From: Pseudomonadota bacterium
GTDB taxonomy: Bacteria > Pseudomonadota > Alphaproteobacteria > Rhizobiales > JACESI01
Direction of reading: 5' to 3'
DNA: 63,317 nucleotides
Assembly: GCA_039181265.1 (NCBI GenBank)
Contig: JBCDCU010000002.1
Coordinates: forward strand, 1-63,317
Shown in pieces: positions 35,067-45,286 of the stretch; the stretch's first letter is position 1; the number at the start of each line of letters is the position of its first letter. The position numbers were made by a program, and so were the translations under genes. The notes beneath the pieces were generated by a model. The model was given only the letters and a program-made list of their open reading frames with translations, made no database searches and was not told the origin of the DNA.

Positions 35067-36986
35067 GTGACCGTATTGAATATCATGGGTGAGATGGACA
35101 CGAAGACCACAGAACAAACCCTGACGGATTATTTGGAGGCAATCCCGCTCGCGGCAATTCTCCTGGCTCCAACGCAAGATAAGATCATCAGCGCCAATAG
35201 CCGTGCGCGAAAGCTTTTGGCCTGCGACCAGGCGAACATCCCTAATTTTTCCCGATTTGTCGGTACAGACCTCCCAAAATTCCTGGTGTTTATCGACGAG
35301 GCTTTTCACAAAGGCTCGGCCTGGACGCGCAAAATTTCTCTGAGCGGTCAGAGTGACAACCTGATCCAATGCGAAATTCGAGCGCAATTGCATACGTCTG
35401 ATCTGGGGTCTGAGCAGCCATTAGTGACCTTGCTCTTCTTGGAACTTGGAGAGCTGTCTCACCACGAGCAAATTTATGAAACAGAAAACCTTCATTTAGC
35501 TGGCTTGACCGGCTGGAAACATGCGCAAACTTTTTTTTCAGAACTTGAACTGCAAAATCAATTGATCCTGAATGCTGCAGGAGAAGGAATTTACGGGGTC
35601 AATACGAAAGGGCACGCAACCTTTGTTAATCGTGCTGCCCAAGAGATGTTGGGTTGGACCTCAGAAGACCTGCTGGGCAAAGTTGTTCACGATATTATCC
35701 ATCATCACCATACAGATGGTAGAGTTCATCATTCTCATGATTGCCCGATTTACAAGTCGTTCCGGTTTGAAAAAGTTATGCGGGTTGAAGATGATGTCTT
35801 CTGGAGAAAGGATGGCAAACCCATCCAGGTGGAATATGTTTCGACGCCTATTTACGATCAACGTATTCTTGCAGGCGCCGTGATTGTGTTCCGGGACGTC
35901 ACAGATCGTAAGTCGAACGAAAAAAAGCTCCTTGCGGCGATGACTGAAGTGGCGGAGCTGCGCGATCGCCTGGAACAAGAAAATGCCTATCTGCAATTGG
36001 AAATCACAAAGGAACGCGCGCATCACAACGTCATCGGTCGCTCTAGCGTCATTCAACAATTGCACGCAAAAATTGACCTCGTAGCACCTACCAACGCGCC
36101 TGTGCTGATTACCGGAGAGACCGGAACCGGAAAGACAATTGTCGCCAATGAAATCCATAAGAACAGCGGAAAAAAAGACCGTCCGTTGATCCACTTTAAA
36201 TGCGGTTCAATGAGCCGGACTGCCATCGAAGCGGAACTTTTTGGCCGTTATGACAAAGCAGCCAATGGTCAGAAGACAAACATGACGTCCGGTGCCTTGG
36301 AGCTTGCGCACGGCGGAACCCTGTTCGTCGAAAACATCTGCGATCTACCGTTCGAGATTCAGCAAAAATTGCTGCAGGCATTGCAGGATGGCAAATTCAG
36401 GCGTGTTGGGGATCACCAATTCAGAAATCTCAATGTTCGGATTATCGCAGCAAGTACCAAGAATGTGGAGAAAGAAGTTTCAGCCGGGCGGTTCAGCGAA
36501 GATCTCTTTCTGACGCTCAATGTTTTTCCGATAGACTGCGTGCCACTGCGCGACAGGCGAGAGGATATTCCGGATCTTGTGACGCATCTTCTTTCTCTGG
36601 CCTGTGAACGGCTTAACCGACGCATTCCAATCGTAACGGAACGCACGATGCGTATGCTCAGCGAATATGCCTGGCCGGGCAATATAAAAGAACTGCGGAA
36701 CGTGATTGAACGCGCAGCAATTGTTTCAATTGGTGGAAAGTTACTGATTGAACTTGGTGCGACCGGAGAAAAACGCGCTCAAAGTGTCAAGACGGTTAGA
36801 ACCGAGCACGAAATGCAGCTGGAAATTCGAGCAAACATTGTGTCTGCTCTTCGAGAAACCAAAGGCAAGGTCTCCGGCAAAACCGGTGCTGCAGCGCTTT
36901 TGGGTATTGAACCCACCACGCTTTACTCGCGAATTAAGAAGTTTGAGATTGAAAAAAACGAATGGCAGCATTTGGAACTCGGGTGA
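35067..36986 (+). CDS. PAS-domain AAA+ enhancer-binding-type transcriptional regulator with a C-terminal Fis-type HTH
   Basis: PAS segments are present (NAAGEGIYGVNTKGHATFVNRAAQEMLGW...). The Walker A motif is GETGTGKT, Walker B is GGTLFVENI, and the HTH is AAALLGIEPTTLYSRIKKF. The start is uncertain (GTG 35067, ATG 35085 or ATG 35094). It is divergent from the cyn operon. Confidence 0.85.
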   Translation: MTVLNIMGEMDTKTTEQTLTDYLEAIPLAAILLAPTQDKIISANSRARKLLACDQANIPNFSRFVGTDLPKFLVFIDEAFHKGSAWTRKISLSGQSDNLIQCEIRAQLHTSDLGSEQPLVTLLFLELGELSHHEQIYETENLHLAGLTGWKHAQTFFSELELQNQLILNAAGEGIYGVNTKGHATFVNRAAQEMLGWTSEDLLGKVVHDIIHHHHTDGRVHHSHDCPIYKSFRFEKVMRVEDDVFWRKDGKPIQVEYVSTPIYDQRILAGAVIVFRDVTDRKSNEKKLLAAMTEVAELRDRLEQENAYLQLEITKERAHHNVIGRSSVIQQLHAKIDLVAPTNAPVLITGETGTGKTIVANEIHKNSGKKDRPLIHFKCGSMSRTAIEAELFGRYDKAANGQKTNMTSGALELAHGGTLFVENICDLPFEIQQKLLQALQDGKFRRVGDHQFRNLNVRIIAASTKNVEKEVSAGRFSEDLFLTLNVFPIDCVPLRDRREDIPDLVTHLLSLACERLNRRIPIVTERTMRMLSEYAWPGNIKELRNVIERAAIVSIGGKLLIELGATGEKRAQSVKTVRTEHEMQLEIRANIVSALRETKGKVSGKTGAAALLGIEPTTLYSRIKKFEIEKNEWQHLELG

Positions 36987-37251
36987 CGAACATCGCGGCT
37001 GGGTCAACCATCAGAATTCTCTGTCACCTGAGACGATTCCATAAGGATCAAACCCGCACTTCCGCAACCTTGCAACCATATCAATCCGCCTCCATCGCCT
37101 GATTGATTTTATCGTTGCTGGTGTGAAGCGGTTCGGCAAGCTCAAGGACTGGAGACATATGGCAATACGATAGGACCGTTGCGCAGACATCTTTATGGCC
37201 GCAATAGCAATCGCAGCAATCATAGTATGCTGGATTTAATGAATCCTGAGC

Positions 37252-37752
37252 CTAGCTCCCGGTTTTTCCATTGGCAGTATAGCGAAGGTGCCGTCTTGCT
37301 TCTTCTCCAATGTGTTGTTGACGATGCCATTTGACAGCATGTGCCACCAGTTTATCCGACCGCCTTCCAGCGGTTGATAGCGCACCCGTACAGTCAGCCC
37401 AATCGTTATAGGATATAACAAGACCCGCGTTGAACTTAAACCGGGCGGCTCCAAGGATTAAAACACGTGGACCCGTCCAGTCGTTAGATTTTGTCAGAAA
37501 GCTGAAGTGATAAGAGGCATACCCGTACGTGCCGTCAAAGACCGGTTTTTGAAAAGTCCAGTGATAGGCTGTGCCGTCCTTCAGAAAGTGATCTGTTAGC
37601 ATCCTTTTGATTTCGGCAGGGCCGGTAAACAATCCATAGAAATAGTCATCATAGGTGCCGTTGTCGTTAAAAAGTGCAGCAAATGCCGCTGCATCTTCCT
37701 GCTCGAGCGCGCGGGCGAACTTATCCAGAAATTCAGTGAATATGATTGTCAT
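37252..37752 (-). CDS. NTF2-like / SnoaL-family protein
   Basis: The N-terminus reads FTEFLDKFARALEQEDAAAFAALFNDNGTYDDYFYG, and the size (166 aa) is typical. Its ATG overlaps the stop of the upstream SDR relic in an ATGA. Confidence 0.65.
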   Translation of the reverse strand: MTIIFTEFLDKFARALEQEDAAAFAALFNDNGTYDDYFYGLFTGPAEIKRMLTDHFLKDGTAYHWTFQKPVFDGTYGYASYHFSFLTKSNDWTGPRVLILGAARFKFNAGLVISYNDWADCTGALSTAGRRSDKLVAHAVKWHRQQHIGEEARRHLRYTANGKTGS

Positions 37753-38178
37753 CTTGCTGTGTAACCGCCTTCCGCCATGGTCTCGGATCCGGTGACAAAT
37801 GATGAGATAGCATCAGAGGCCAGGTACGCCACCGCGCTTGCAACTTCGTTGGGCAATCCAAATGACCCATTGGGTATCGGGCGCGCAAGGTCGATTTAAC
37901 CTCCGCGACGGTGTCGCACATCACTCCTTGAGCGTCGATGCTGTCAAGCAATGTGTCGGCCATGTCTCTATCCGTTAAACCCGGCAATACTCCCGTTACG
38001 CGGTGTTTTGGCCGCGCTCCAGCAGTTCGACGGCAGCTGATTTTGTCAACATGCATAACGCTCCTTTACTTGTAGAGTATGCGGTTGCAAGACAGCAACT
38101 GGTCGCGAACCCGATCCACGAAGCTCAGCATGTGATCAGGCCAACGTGACCGGACAGATTGAAAAGTGATTTTCTCAT
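37749..38178 (-). pseudogene. Decayed SDR-family oxidoreductase gene (in-frame stop, at least 2 frameshifts, internal deletion)
   Basis: Three frames on the minus strand each carry SDR pieces. Frame 1 reads MRKSLFNLSGHVGLITC*ASWIGFAT..AYSTSKGALCMLTKSAAVELLERGQNTA*. Frame 2 reads HRVTGVLPGLTDRDM. Frame 3 reads PNGSFGLPNEVASAVAYLASDAISSFVTGSETMAEGGYTAR*. The Rossmann motif is fused almost directly to the YxxxK region, so about 110 aa are missing. Confidence 0.75.
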
Positions 38179-38202
38179 GATGAGTCTCTGCAGGTATGCG
38201 GC

Positions 38203-38245
38203 CAAAGCCGCCGAATGATTTATCAATCCGAACGGCGGCTTTTGC
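38203..38245 (-). terminator. Hairpin downstream of the 38271-38687 gene (weak terminator candidate)
   Basis: An 11-bp stem pairs CAAAGCCGCCG with CGGCGGCTTTG around a 19-nt loop. The T-run is better on the plus strand (CTTTTG), so the orientation is ambiguous. Confidence 0.35.
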
Positions 38246-38270
38246 ACGTCGCGAAAAAGCATTGGAACAG

Positions 38271-38687
38271 TCAAAGACCCTTAGAAGGCTCCACTTTCAA
38301 TAGCTCAAAGGTTTTTTGCCCGTCTGCGTTAAACTTTTGAACTAAGTCACCATCGCGCACGACCGTAAGGCAACGGTACCGACCTTTGTCGGCTGCCATG
38401 GATACACAAACCTGGTCCGTATCGGTAATGGCAAAAGCTCCCGAACCTTGCCAGCCTGCATTGGTCAGTTCGCCGCTCACTACATTTGTCGGGTCATAAT
38501 AAAAGCGAAACATCTTCTTTCCTGATTTTGCCGTAACGCTATTGCCGACCAACAACTCAGCAATCTGATCGGCGTCTAGCTTTTCGCCGCCGGTCGCCAG
38601 CGCTACTTCTAGGTCGGATTGTGCAAAGGCCGCGCCACTTGCAGAGGTCATGGCAAAAGCCAACACAAGCGTTTTAAGTTTCATCAT
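38271..38687 (-). CDS. Hypothetical secreted protein (138 aa)
   Basis: The ATGATG at 38687 follows AGGAGAAGAGAA. A signal peptide is present (MMKLKTLVLAFAMTSASGAAFAQ). The listed 213-aa ORF start overlaps the divergent regulator gene and is rejected. Confidence 0.65.
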   Translation of the reverse strand: MMKLKTLVLAFAMTSASGAAFAQSDLEVALATGGEKLDADQIAELLVGNSVTAKSGKKMFRFYYDPTNVVSGELTNAGWQGSGAFAITDTDQVCVSMAADKGRYRCLTVVRDGDLVQKFNADGQKTFELLKVEPSKGL

Positions 38688-38859
38688 TTCTCTTCTCCTA
38701 AGTCTGTAAAAGGGCACGTAAGAAAGGGTGACCCGCAAGTTGGAGGCTAGTCGGGGAATAGGAACGGCGCTTAATCGGAAGCTGATATTTTCTGACAAAG
38801 AAATGACAATTGGCAAAATCCGTTGAGGTAAAAGCAAAGCCGGTTGTACGTTAGCAAGC

Positions 38860-40497
38860 ATGTACAGATTTGCAGAATTTGAACTCGACCCGACGAAAGG
38901 CCTGAGCCGCAACGGACAGCAAGTAGCATTGGAGCCTCAAGCACTGCAGCTACTTGAGTTCCTGATAGGGCACCGCGAGCGTGTTGTCACGAAAGAAGAA
39001 ATTATTGATGAAATCTGGTCGGGAAACGCCATAACGGATGCGGCGCTCAACACACGAATCCGGTCTGTTCGAAAGGCTTTGGGCGATAGCGCCGCGAGTT
39101 CTGAGTACATCAAAACATTCCCGAAGCGCGGTTTCCAATTCGTGGCGCCTTTGGAAACGGACACTTCGGAAAAAAAGCCGTTCTTCCAAAATCACATCCG
39201 ACTGGCAGTTTCCGCGAGTGCAGCGCTGTTTCTCGCAATTTTTGTGTTCTTGCAGTTCGCACTATTCGAAGGCGAAAAACTGTCGGAAAGCGAAACGCCC
39301 TCGCTGGCAGTTGTTCGGTTTGATAATCTCAGTGGAGAAGACGCGGAGCAGTACTTTGTTGACGGTCTTACGGACGACCTGACCGCTCATCTATCGCGTA
39401 ATCGCGATCTCTTTGTGATCTCCAGTTCAACTATGGTTTCTTATGCAAAGGAGGAGGTAAGCCCCATCGAGATTGCCCGTGATCTGGGGGTCGACTACCT
39501 AGTACGTGGCAGCGTAAGACGCGCTGGCGATCAAGTCCGCGTAAGCGGCGAACTCATCGACGTAGGTGCCAGCGAAACAATCTGGGCGGAGGTGTTCGAA
39601 CGGCAACTCACAGCCATCTTCGCCGTTCAGGATGAGATCAGCCAATCTATTGCGGGTCAGTTGCTGCCGGAAATTTATCTTTCAGATCAGACCCGCTCAA
39701 AAGGCAAACCAACCGAAGATATGGGAGCATGGGACCTGTATATTCGTGGTCGTGCGCATCAGGCCGAATTCAACAAAGAATCTCAGGAGGAGGCTGCATC
39801 AACCGCTCGACAAGCCATTGCCGCCGACCCCGAATTTGCCGCTGCCTACAGTTTGTTGGCTCGCGCACTTGGGACAATCTTTTTCTTTCAATGGGCAGAC
39901 AGCCCGCAAGACACGTTGATATCTGCAACTGAAGCGGCAACGCGAGCAATTGAACTCGATGACCAAGACGCTCAAGCATACGCAGCCCTTGGATACATCA
40001 ATCGCTTCACTGGGGATGCCGAACCTGCCATCGCTAATCTGGAACTTGCTGTAGCGCTGAATCCTAATGATGCTCGCATTCGTTTGGAATTGGCTCATAC
40101 ATATGACTGGTTTCGTATGCAGGATAAGGCGTTGCCGGAAATCGAGATTGCAATCAAACTAAGCCCGCGCGACCCAATGCTGCAAAACATGTATTTTTAC
40201 AAAGGACATATTCTGTTCCATCTGGGCCGCTACGAAGATGCGCTGGAAGCTGCTCGTCAGTTGGGCGTCGTCGCGACGAGTAAAACCTGGCGACTGTTCC
40301 ACTATCTTCTGCGCGCTGCCAATTTTGCTGAGTTGGAAAAGTCCGAAGAAGCATTGGATGCAGTGGAAGCCGCGTTGCGCATCAATCCCAAACTTTCAAT
40401 TTCCGCGATGCAGAGACAGTTCGCCGGATCGAAGAACCACCCGGAGAATAGAAAGGTCTGGTTGGCAAGTTTGAAGAAAGCTGGTGTGCCGGACTGA
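38860..40497 (+). CDS. Membrane-anchored winged-helix (OmpR/CadC-type) transcriptional regulator with a periplasmic TolB-like/TPR region
   Basis: The N-terminus reads YRFAEFELDPTKGLSRNGQQVALEPQALQLLEFLIGHRERVVTKEEIIDEIWSG..ALNTRIRSVRKAL. One TM segment is present (LAVSASAALFLAIFVFLQFALF). TPR-like repeats follow at the C-terminus. Confidence 0.8.
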   Translation: MYRFAEFELDPTKGLSRNGQQVALEPQALQLLEFLIGHRERVVTKEEIIDEIWSGNAITDAALNTRIRSVRKALGDSAASSEYIKTFPKRGFQFVAPLETDTSEKKPFFQNHIRLAVSASAALFLAIFVFLQFALFEGEKLSESETPSLAVVRFDNLSGEDAEQYFVDGLTDDLTAHLSRNRDLFVISSSTMVSYAKEEVSPIEIARDLGVDYLVRGSVRRAGDQVRVSGELIDVGASETIWAEVFERQLTAIFAVQDEISQSIAGQLLPEIYLSDQTRSKGKPTEDMGAWDLYIRGRAHQAEFNKESQEEAASTARQAIAADPEFAAAYSLLARALGTIFFFQWADSPQDTLISATEAATRAIELDDQDAQAYAALGYINRFTGDAEPAIANLELAVALNPNDARIRLELAHTYDWFRMQDKALPEIEIAIKLSPRDPMLQNMYFYKGHILFHLGRYEDALEAARQLGVVATSKTWRLFHYLLRAANFAELEKSEEALDAVEAALRINPKLSISAMQRQFAGSKNHPENRKVWLASLKKAGVPD

Positions 40498-40958
40498 GTC
40501 CGAGAGAAAGAGAAAGCCGAAAAGCGGACGTTTCCGCGTCGTTCAGGATCGGTCACAAAGGGCTCGCTTCGGACCTTGGTTTGGTTCTTTCCAAGGTCGG
40601 TTTCCGAGAAGCGGTCATTCAAGTATGTCAGGTGGACAGCCGCAACGCGCTGAAAGCTACGCAATGTGAGAGACTTTGGATATCGACTTTGAGTTCGGAG
40701 ATGACATCGAAGCCTGAATTTTGAACAACAGCTTCCCGGAAGCGGCTCTTCAACATCGTCAACCTAACGACAGCAGTGCGGCCTAATGCTGCCATTCGGC
40801 AAAGGTCCGCTTTAAACAATTGAAAATGCTATTCGGGCTCCTCGGTTGAGTGCATCTGCCAAGGAGTTCCTAGGTGTCTCTACGTAAGAGTTAACGCTTT
40901 GTTCGCGATATCAAACTATTAACTGCAGTTAAGGAAACTTAATTGTGAGGCAGCTAAC

Positions 40959-42965
40959 ATGTTGAAAGCTCTTTCATTGAAAAAAATGATTGGTATCGGC
41001 TTCGGACTTATTCTGATGCTTATGGCCGTACTCGCGGTGATGTCGTTTCGTGGCACGACGATACTCGGCGAAACTTTTACTGAATACCGTCAAGCAGCCC
41101 GTGAGAGTCTGCTTCTGAATGAAGCGAAAAATGATCTCTTGAGCGCCCGTCTTGGCGTGATGCAATACCGCATCACCAATGATGACGTGTTTGCACAACG
41201 GGTGGCGGACCGGATGACAAACCTGCTCGCCCTTAATGATGAAATCGCCGCGTTCATGTTGGACCAAGGTAAGGTGTCGCAAATTACCAGCCAGGAAGGC
41301 AGGCTTCTAGATTATAAGACAGGCTTTGCGGACGTGGTTGAAATTCAAAACCGTCGCAATGAAGTTGTTCCCATAATGAACGGTGTTGGCCGTGATGCCC
41401 GCGCAACAATGACACGCATCATCGATAGCGCTTATAAAGACGGCGATATCGAAGCAGCTTATTACGGCGGCAACGTTCAGCAGCACCTAATGCTCTCTCG
41501 ATATTACGGCGAGAAGTTCTTGCTCGAGAACCGCCCTGAGGATCGCGACCGCACCTATGCGGAACTCGAAACCGTCCGCGAGACGATGGGCACGCTTGAC
41601 GTGAATTTGCAGAACCCTGAAAGGCGGCAGCTCGCAGCCCAGTTTAATGAGAAGGTGAGTGCATTTACGACCCATTTTGACGAAGTGGTTCAGCTTATCG
41701 AGACCCGAAATGCCATTCTATCGGACCGCCTGGATGCGATCGGACCGGACCTCGCGGCCGGTTATGAAAATGTCCTGAATACTGTCGTCGATACGCAGAA
41801 CACTTTGGGTCCACAGGCATCCGCGCAGGTTTCTGGCACAGTACGAACCACAATAATGCTCGCATTGGGCGCTTTGGCGCTCGGCGTGGTCATTGCGTTC
41901 TTAATGGGACGCAAGCTTTCCGGTTTGATCGCCGCCGTCGCAGCGCGGATGAACGAGCTTGCCTCAGGTAATCTCGATATCGAGATCGCTGGCGACAATC
42001 GTAAGGATGAGCTTGGCGAGATGGCACGCGCGCTGCTGGTTTTTCAAGAGAATGGTCGCGAAAAAGAACGGCTGCAAGCAGAGCAGGAGCGAACCGCTGC
42101 GGACGCAGAGACTGAGAAGCGTCGAGTAATGAACGCAATGGCGGATAAGTTCGAAGCTGACGTTAACGGTGTTGTCACTGCCGTTTCCAGTGCGGCCCAA
42201 CAACTGGTCGGATTGGCTAATACGTTGACCGCATCAGCTAATCGCGCCGGTGACCGATCGACGGCCGTGGCTTCGGTCTCTGAAGAAGCGTCGACGAATG
42301 TCGGCACGGTCGCGGCAGCATCAGAAGAGATGTCCAATTCCATTGCCGAGGTATCGCAGCAGGTTGGCCAAGCAGCCGATATGACAAACACTGCTGCCGA
42401 AAGCACTGATCATAGCGCTCAGATGGTTGGGAAGCTCGCATCAAGTGCTCAAACAATAAGCGAAGTGATCTCCATTATCTCGGACATTGCCGAGCAGACA
42501 AACCTTCTGGCCTTGAATGCGACAATCGAAGCAGCTCGCGCCGGCGAAGGTGGAAAGGGATTTGCAGTTGTTGCAAGCGAGGTAAAAAACCTCGCAAATC
42601 AGACAGCCAAGGCGACCGAAGAGATATCCGCTCAGATTTCGGAAATGCAAGGCGATACCGATGGCGTGGTGAACGCCATTGAGAAAATCGGCTCTATGAT
42701 TAAAGAGCTTAACGGCACGTCTTCCTCAATCGCGGCTGCTGTTGAAGAGCAGCACGCGGCTACGAAGGAGATTGCGCGCAACACTCAACAAGCTGCCGAT
42801 GGCACGAAACAGGTTTCGGCGGATATTACGGAGGTCTCCTCCGCAGTGCATGAGACCGAGCAAGCGGCGAGTGAGGTGATGACGGCTTCGTCACAACTCG
42901 TCCGCGAGTCAGAGCGCCTGCGCGAAAACGTGTCGGAGTTTCTATCGACCGTCAGGGCCGCCTAA
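40959..42965 (+). CDS. Methyl-accepting chemotaxis protein
   Basis: It has two TM segments, a HAMP domain, and the conserved signalling hairpin ([42 protein letters not shown]). Confidence 0.9.
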   Translation: MLKALSLKKMIGIGFGLILMLMAVLAVMSFRGTTILGETFTEYRQAARESLLLNEAKNDLLSARLGVMQYRITNDDVFAQRVADRMTNLLALNDEIAAFMLDQGKVSQITSQEGRLLDYKTGFADVVEIQNRRNEVVPIMNGVGRDARATMTRIIDSAYKDGDIEAAYYGGNVQQHLMLSRYYGEKFLLENRPEDRDRTYAELETVRETMGTLDVNLQNPERRQLAAQFNEKVSAFTTHFDEVVQLIETRNAILSDRLDAIGPDLAAGYENVLNTVVDTQNTLGPQASAQVSGTVRTTIMLALGALALGVVIAFLMGRKLSGLIAAVAARMNELASGNLDIEIAGDNRKDELGEMARALLVFQENGREKERLQAEQERTAADAETEKRRVMNAMADKFEADVNGVVTAVSSAAQQLVGLANTLTASANRAGDRSTAVASVSEEASTNVGTVAAASEEMSNSIAEVSQQVGQAADMTNTAAESTDHSAQMVGKLASSAQTISEVISIISDIAEQTNLLALNATIEAARAGEGGKGFAVVASEVKNLANQTAKATEEISAQISEMQGDTDGVVNAIEKIGSMIKELNGTSSSIAAAVEEQHAATKEIARNTQQAADGTKQVSADITEVSSAVHETEQAASEVMTASSQLVRESERLRENVSEFLSTVRAA

Positions 42966-43037
42966 ACATTTAAGACGTGCGCACCTGAGCTTCCACGTTT
43001 TAATCAATAACGATAAATCAGCCAATTATCTGCCCCA

Positions 43038-43084
43038 TTCACGGCGAAGCTACGACAGCTTCGCTGTGAACACGGATCCTTTTT
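43038..43084 (+). terminator. Hairpin downstream of the MCP gene (terminator candidate)
   Basis: A 13-bp stem (one G-U) pairs TTCACGGCGAAGC with GCTTCGCTGTGAA around a 7-nt loop. The T-run (CCTTTTTC) starts 9 nt after the stem, so it is non-canonical. Confidence 0.4.
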
Positions 43085-43383
43085 CGGAACAGGCGTCGAG
43101 CTTGCTGGCATTAGAGTCGTCTGATTACAGAAAAGTCCTGCGATAGCAGTCAATCGCCGCAAGCGGGCGAATGGGCAAAAAGGGCTCGAAGCGGCCGTTG
43201 ACCGTCTATTCAGCAATGCTGGCTCTTGCCCGACAACCCCAACAAGGGGATCGATGATTTCCCTCCGGATCATCCAATCAACCATGATCGTAGGGACAGC
43301 GTCGACGCACGAGTGGAAGGTTACACAGGCGTCGGGAACGGCTGCAGTGTGCCCAAAGCCTCAGCCCGGCACTTTAGTTCGGA

Positions 43384-44208
43384 TCATTCGCCCCCGAAAA
43401 ACGGATGCGGCCCTTCGAACGGGCCAACCGGAACATATTCGCTTGTAAAGCTCGCCGTTTCACTGTCGAAGCTGTGCAGCAAAAACCCACCGGGCTCCAT
43501 GAAAAACTCCGATGCTCCGTCGGGCCTGTGATCGAGTGCAACACTGTGGGCGGGTGAGGGGGCAATCACCATGGGTGAAGGCGCTGTCTGACGATAAATA
43601 AACCGGTGAACATGGCCGCATATGATCAACCGCGCTGCCTGATGCTCCGATACGACGGAGAGGAAAGCGTCAGGATCCTGGAGTTTGATTGCATCCATAT
43701 GCGCGATCCCGCAGTCAAACGGCGGATGGTGGATTGCGATCAAGACCGGCTCCCCTTTCAGGCGATCGAGCTCTTCGGAGAGCCATTTCAGGGTTTCGGG
43801 TGCCAATCGGCCGTAGGATTTTCCTTCGTCAAGACTATCAAGCGCGAGGACATCGAGGTTCCCGATCCGGCAGCGAAAATTGAGCGGGCCCTCTTCAGGC
43901 AGATAATCATGCTTTGAGAGCGTAGCGCGCAATGTCTCCCGGTGATCATGGTTTCCGGGAAGAACAAAGATCGGCATCTTGAGGGGTGACAGGATGCTCT
44001 GGAACCGCTCATAGGCTTTTTGAGTTCCGTGATCCGTCAAATCCCCGGTAATGATCATACCGTCGATCGGGCCGATCTTCGGCAAAATATCGACGATATA
44101 CCGGACGGCTCTCTCCAGATGGAGGGCCGTATCGACCACACCATAGGCAACCATCCCTTCGTCAACGATATGGGTATCTGATAGCTGTAGGATTTTCGTA
44201 ATAGGCAT
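43384..44208 (-). CDS. Metallophosphoesterase (CpdA/GpdQ-like phosphodiesterase)
   Basis: Typical calcineurin-like motifs are present: MPITKILQLSDTHIV, ITGDLTDHG, LPGNHD and ICGHVH. The ATG at 44208 lies 4 nt after the upstream ATPase stop. Confidence 0.85.
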   Translation of the reverse strand: MPITKILQLSDTHIVDEGMVAYGVVDTALHLERAVRYIVDILPKIGPIDGMIITGDLTDHGTQKAYERFQSILSPLKMPIFVLPGNHDHRETLRATLSKHDYLPEEGPLNFRCRIGNLDVLALDSLDEGKSYGRLAPETLKWLSEELDRLKGEPVLIAIHHPPFDCGIAHMDAIKLQDPDAFLSVVSEHQAARLIICGHVHRFIYRQTAPSPMVIAPSPAHSVALDHRPDGASEFFMEPGGFLLHSFDSETASFTSEYVPVGPFEGPHPFFGGE

Positions 44209-44212
44209 GAAC

Positions 44213-45286
44213 TTATTCAGCAATCTGCAGGATTTTGTCAGGATTGATAACGAGGCCGATTTGAGCGTCGACGTCAGGTGGGGCATCGCCGGAATAGATC
44301 ACCTGGAGGGGCTCGGCGTTTGCGCCTTCAATCTGGAAGACGAAGTGCGTTCCAAGGAAAACCCGGCTCTTTACAATACCCTTGAGCGTTGCCTCGCCCG
44401 AAGATGACAGATCGATCGATTCACCGCGGACGAAATAAGAGTGCTTCCCGGTTGCGCCATCGGGGAGCTTGATCGAGCCGCCCGGCATTTCCAGTCTTCC
44501 GTCGTTGAAGATGCCGTTGAGTTTCACTGCGCCCCCGAGAAACGTTGCCACAAACGTGTTCTTCGGATGTCTGTAGAGTTGTTCGGGGGTATCGATCTGT
44601 TGGATCACACCGTTTTCCATCACCGCAATCCGATCGGCAATCGCCATTGCCTCCGATTGATCGTGCGTGACAAAAACCGAGGTGATGGAGAGTTTCCGCA
44701 AGGTTTCAGCAAGTTCGTCTCTTAAAGCTTCCCTGAGGCTCGCATCGAGCGCGGATAGTGGTTCATCGAGAAGGAGAACCTTCGGATTGGGCGCGACCGC
44801 TCGTGCAAGTGCCACACGCTGGCGCTGGCCGCCCGAGAGCTGTTTGACGGATCTATCCGCAAGATCCTCCAATCGACACAAGGCAAGGACTTCTAAGACC
44901 CGCTCTTTGCGCGAGGAAGCACTGTCTCCCCGGATTTTCAGGCCGTAAGCGATGTTTGTTTTGACATCCATATTCGGGAAGAGCGCATAGGATTGAAACA
45001 CCATTCCGACAGTGCGTTTTTCAATGGGAAGAGCCGTCACATCCTCTTCATTGAAGAAAACTTTGCCGCCTTCATCGGAGGTTTCGAGCCCGGAAAGAAT
45101 ACGGAGCAGCGTGGTCTTTCCACAACCGGACGGCCCCAAGAGCCCCATGATTTCACCCGGTTCAATCATAAGGTCGGACGGCATCAGCGCCCGCGTGCCA
45201 TCGGGAAACGTCTTCGCGCAACCTTCGAGCGTGATGGTTGTGCCCAAACTCAATTCTGGACCCTTTGAAGATAGCTTGTTGCCCAT
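44213..45286 (-). CDS. ABC transporter ATP-binding protein (PotA/UgpC-like importer ATPase)
   Basis: The Walker A motif (GPSGCGKTT), signature (LSGGQRQR) and Walker B motif (VLLLDEPLS) are present, with a C-terminal regulatory domain. The start is uncertain because of a 37-nt overlap with the upstream permease. Confidence 0.9.
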   Translation of the reverse strand: MGNKLSSKGPELSLGTTITLEGCAKTFPDGTRALMPSDLMIEPGEIMGLLGPSGCGKTTLLRILSGLETSDEGGKVFFNEEDVTALPIEKRTVGMVFQSYALFPNMDVKTNIAYGLKIRGDSASSRKERVLEVLALCRLEDLADRSVKQLSGGQRQRVALARAVAPNPKVLLLDEPLSALDASLREALRDELAETLRKLSITSVFVTHDQSEAMAIADRIAVMENGVIQQIDTPEQLYRHPKNTFVATFLGGAVKLNGIFNDGRLEMPGGSIKLPDGATGKHSYFVRGESIDLSSSGEATLKGIVKSRVFLGTHFVFQIEGANAEPLQVIYSGDAPPDVDAQIGLVINPDKILQIAE

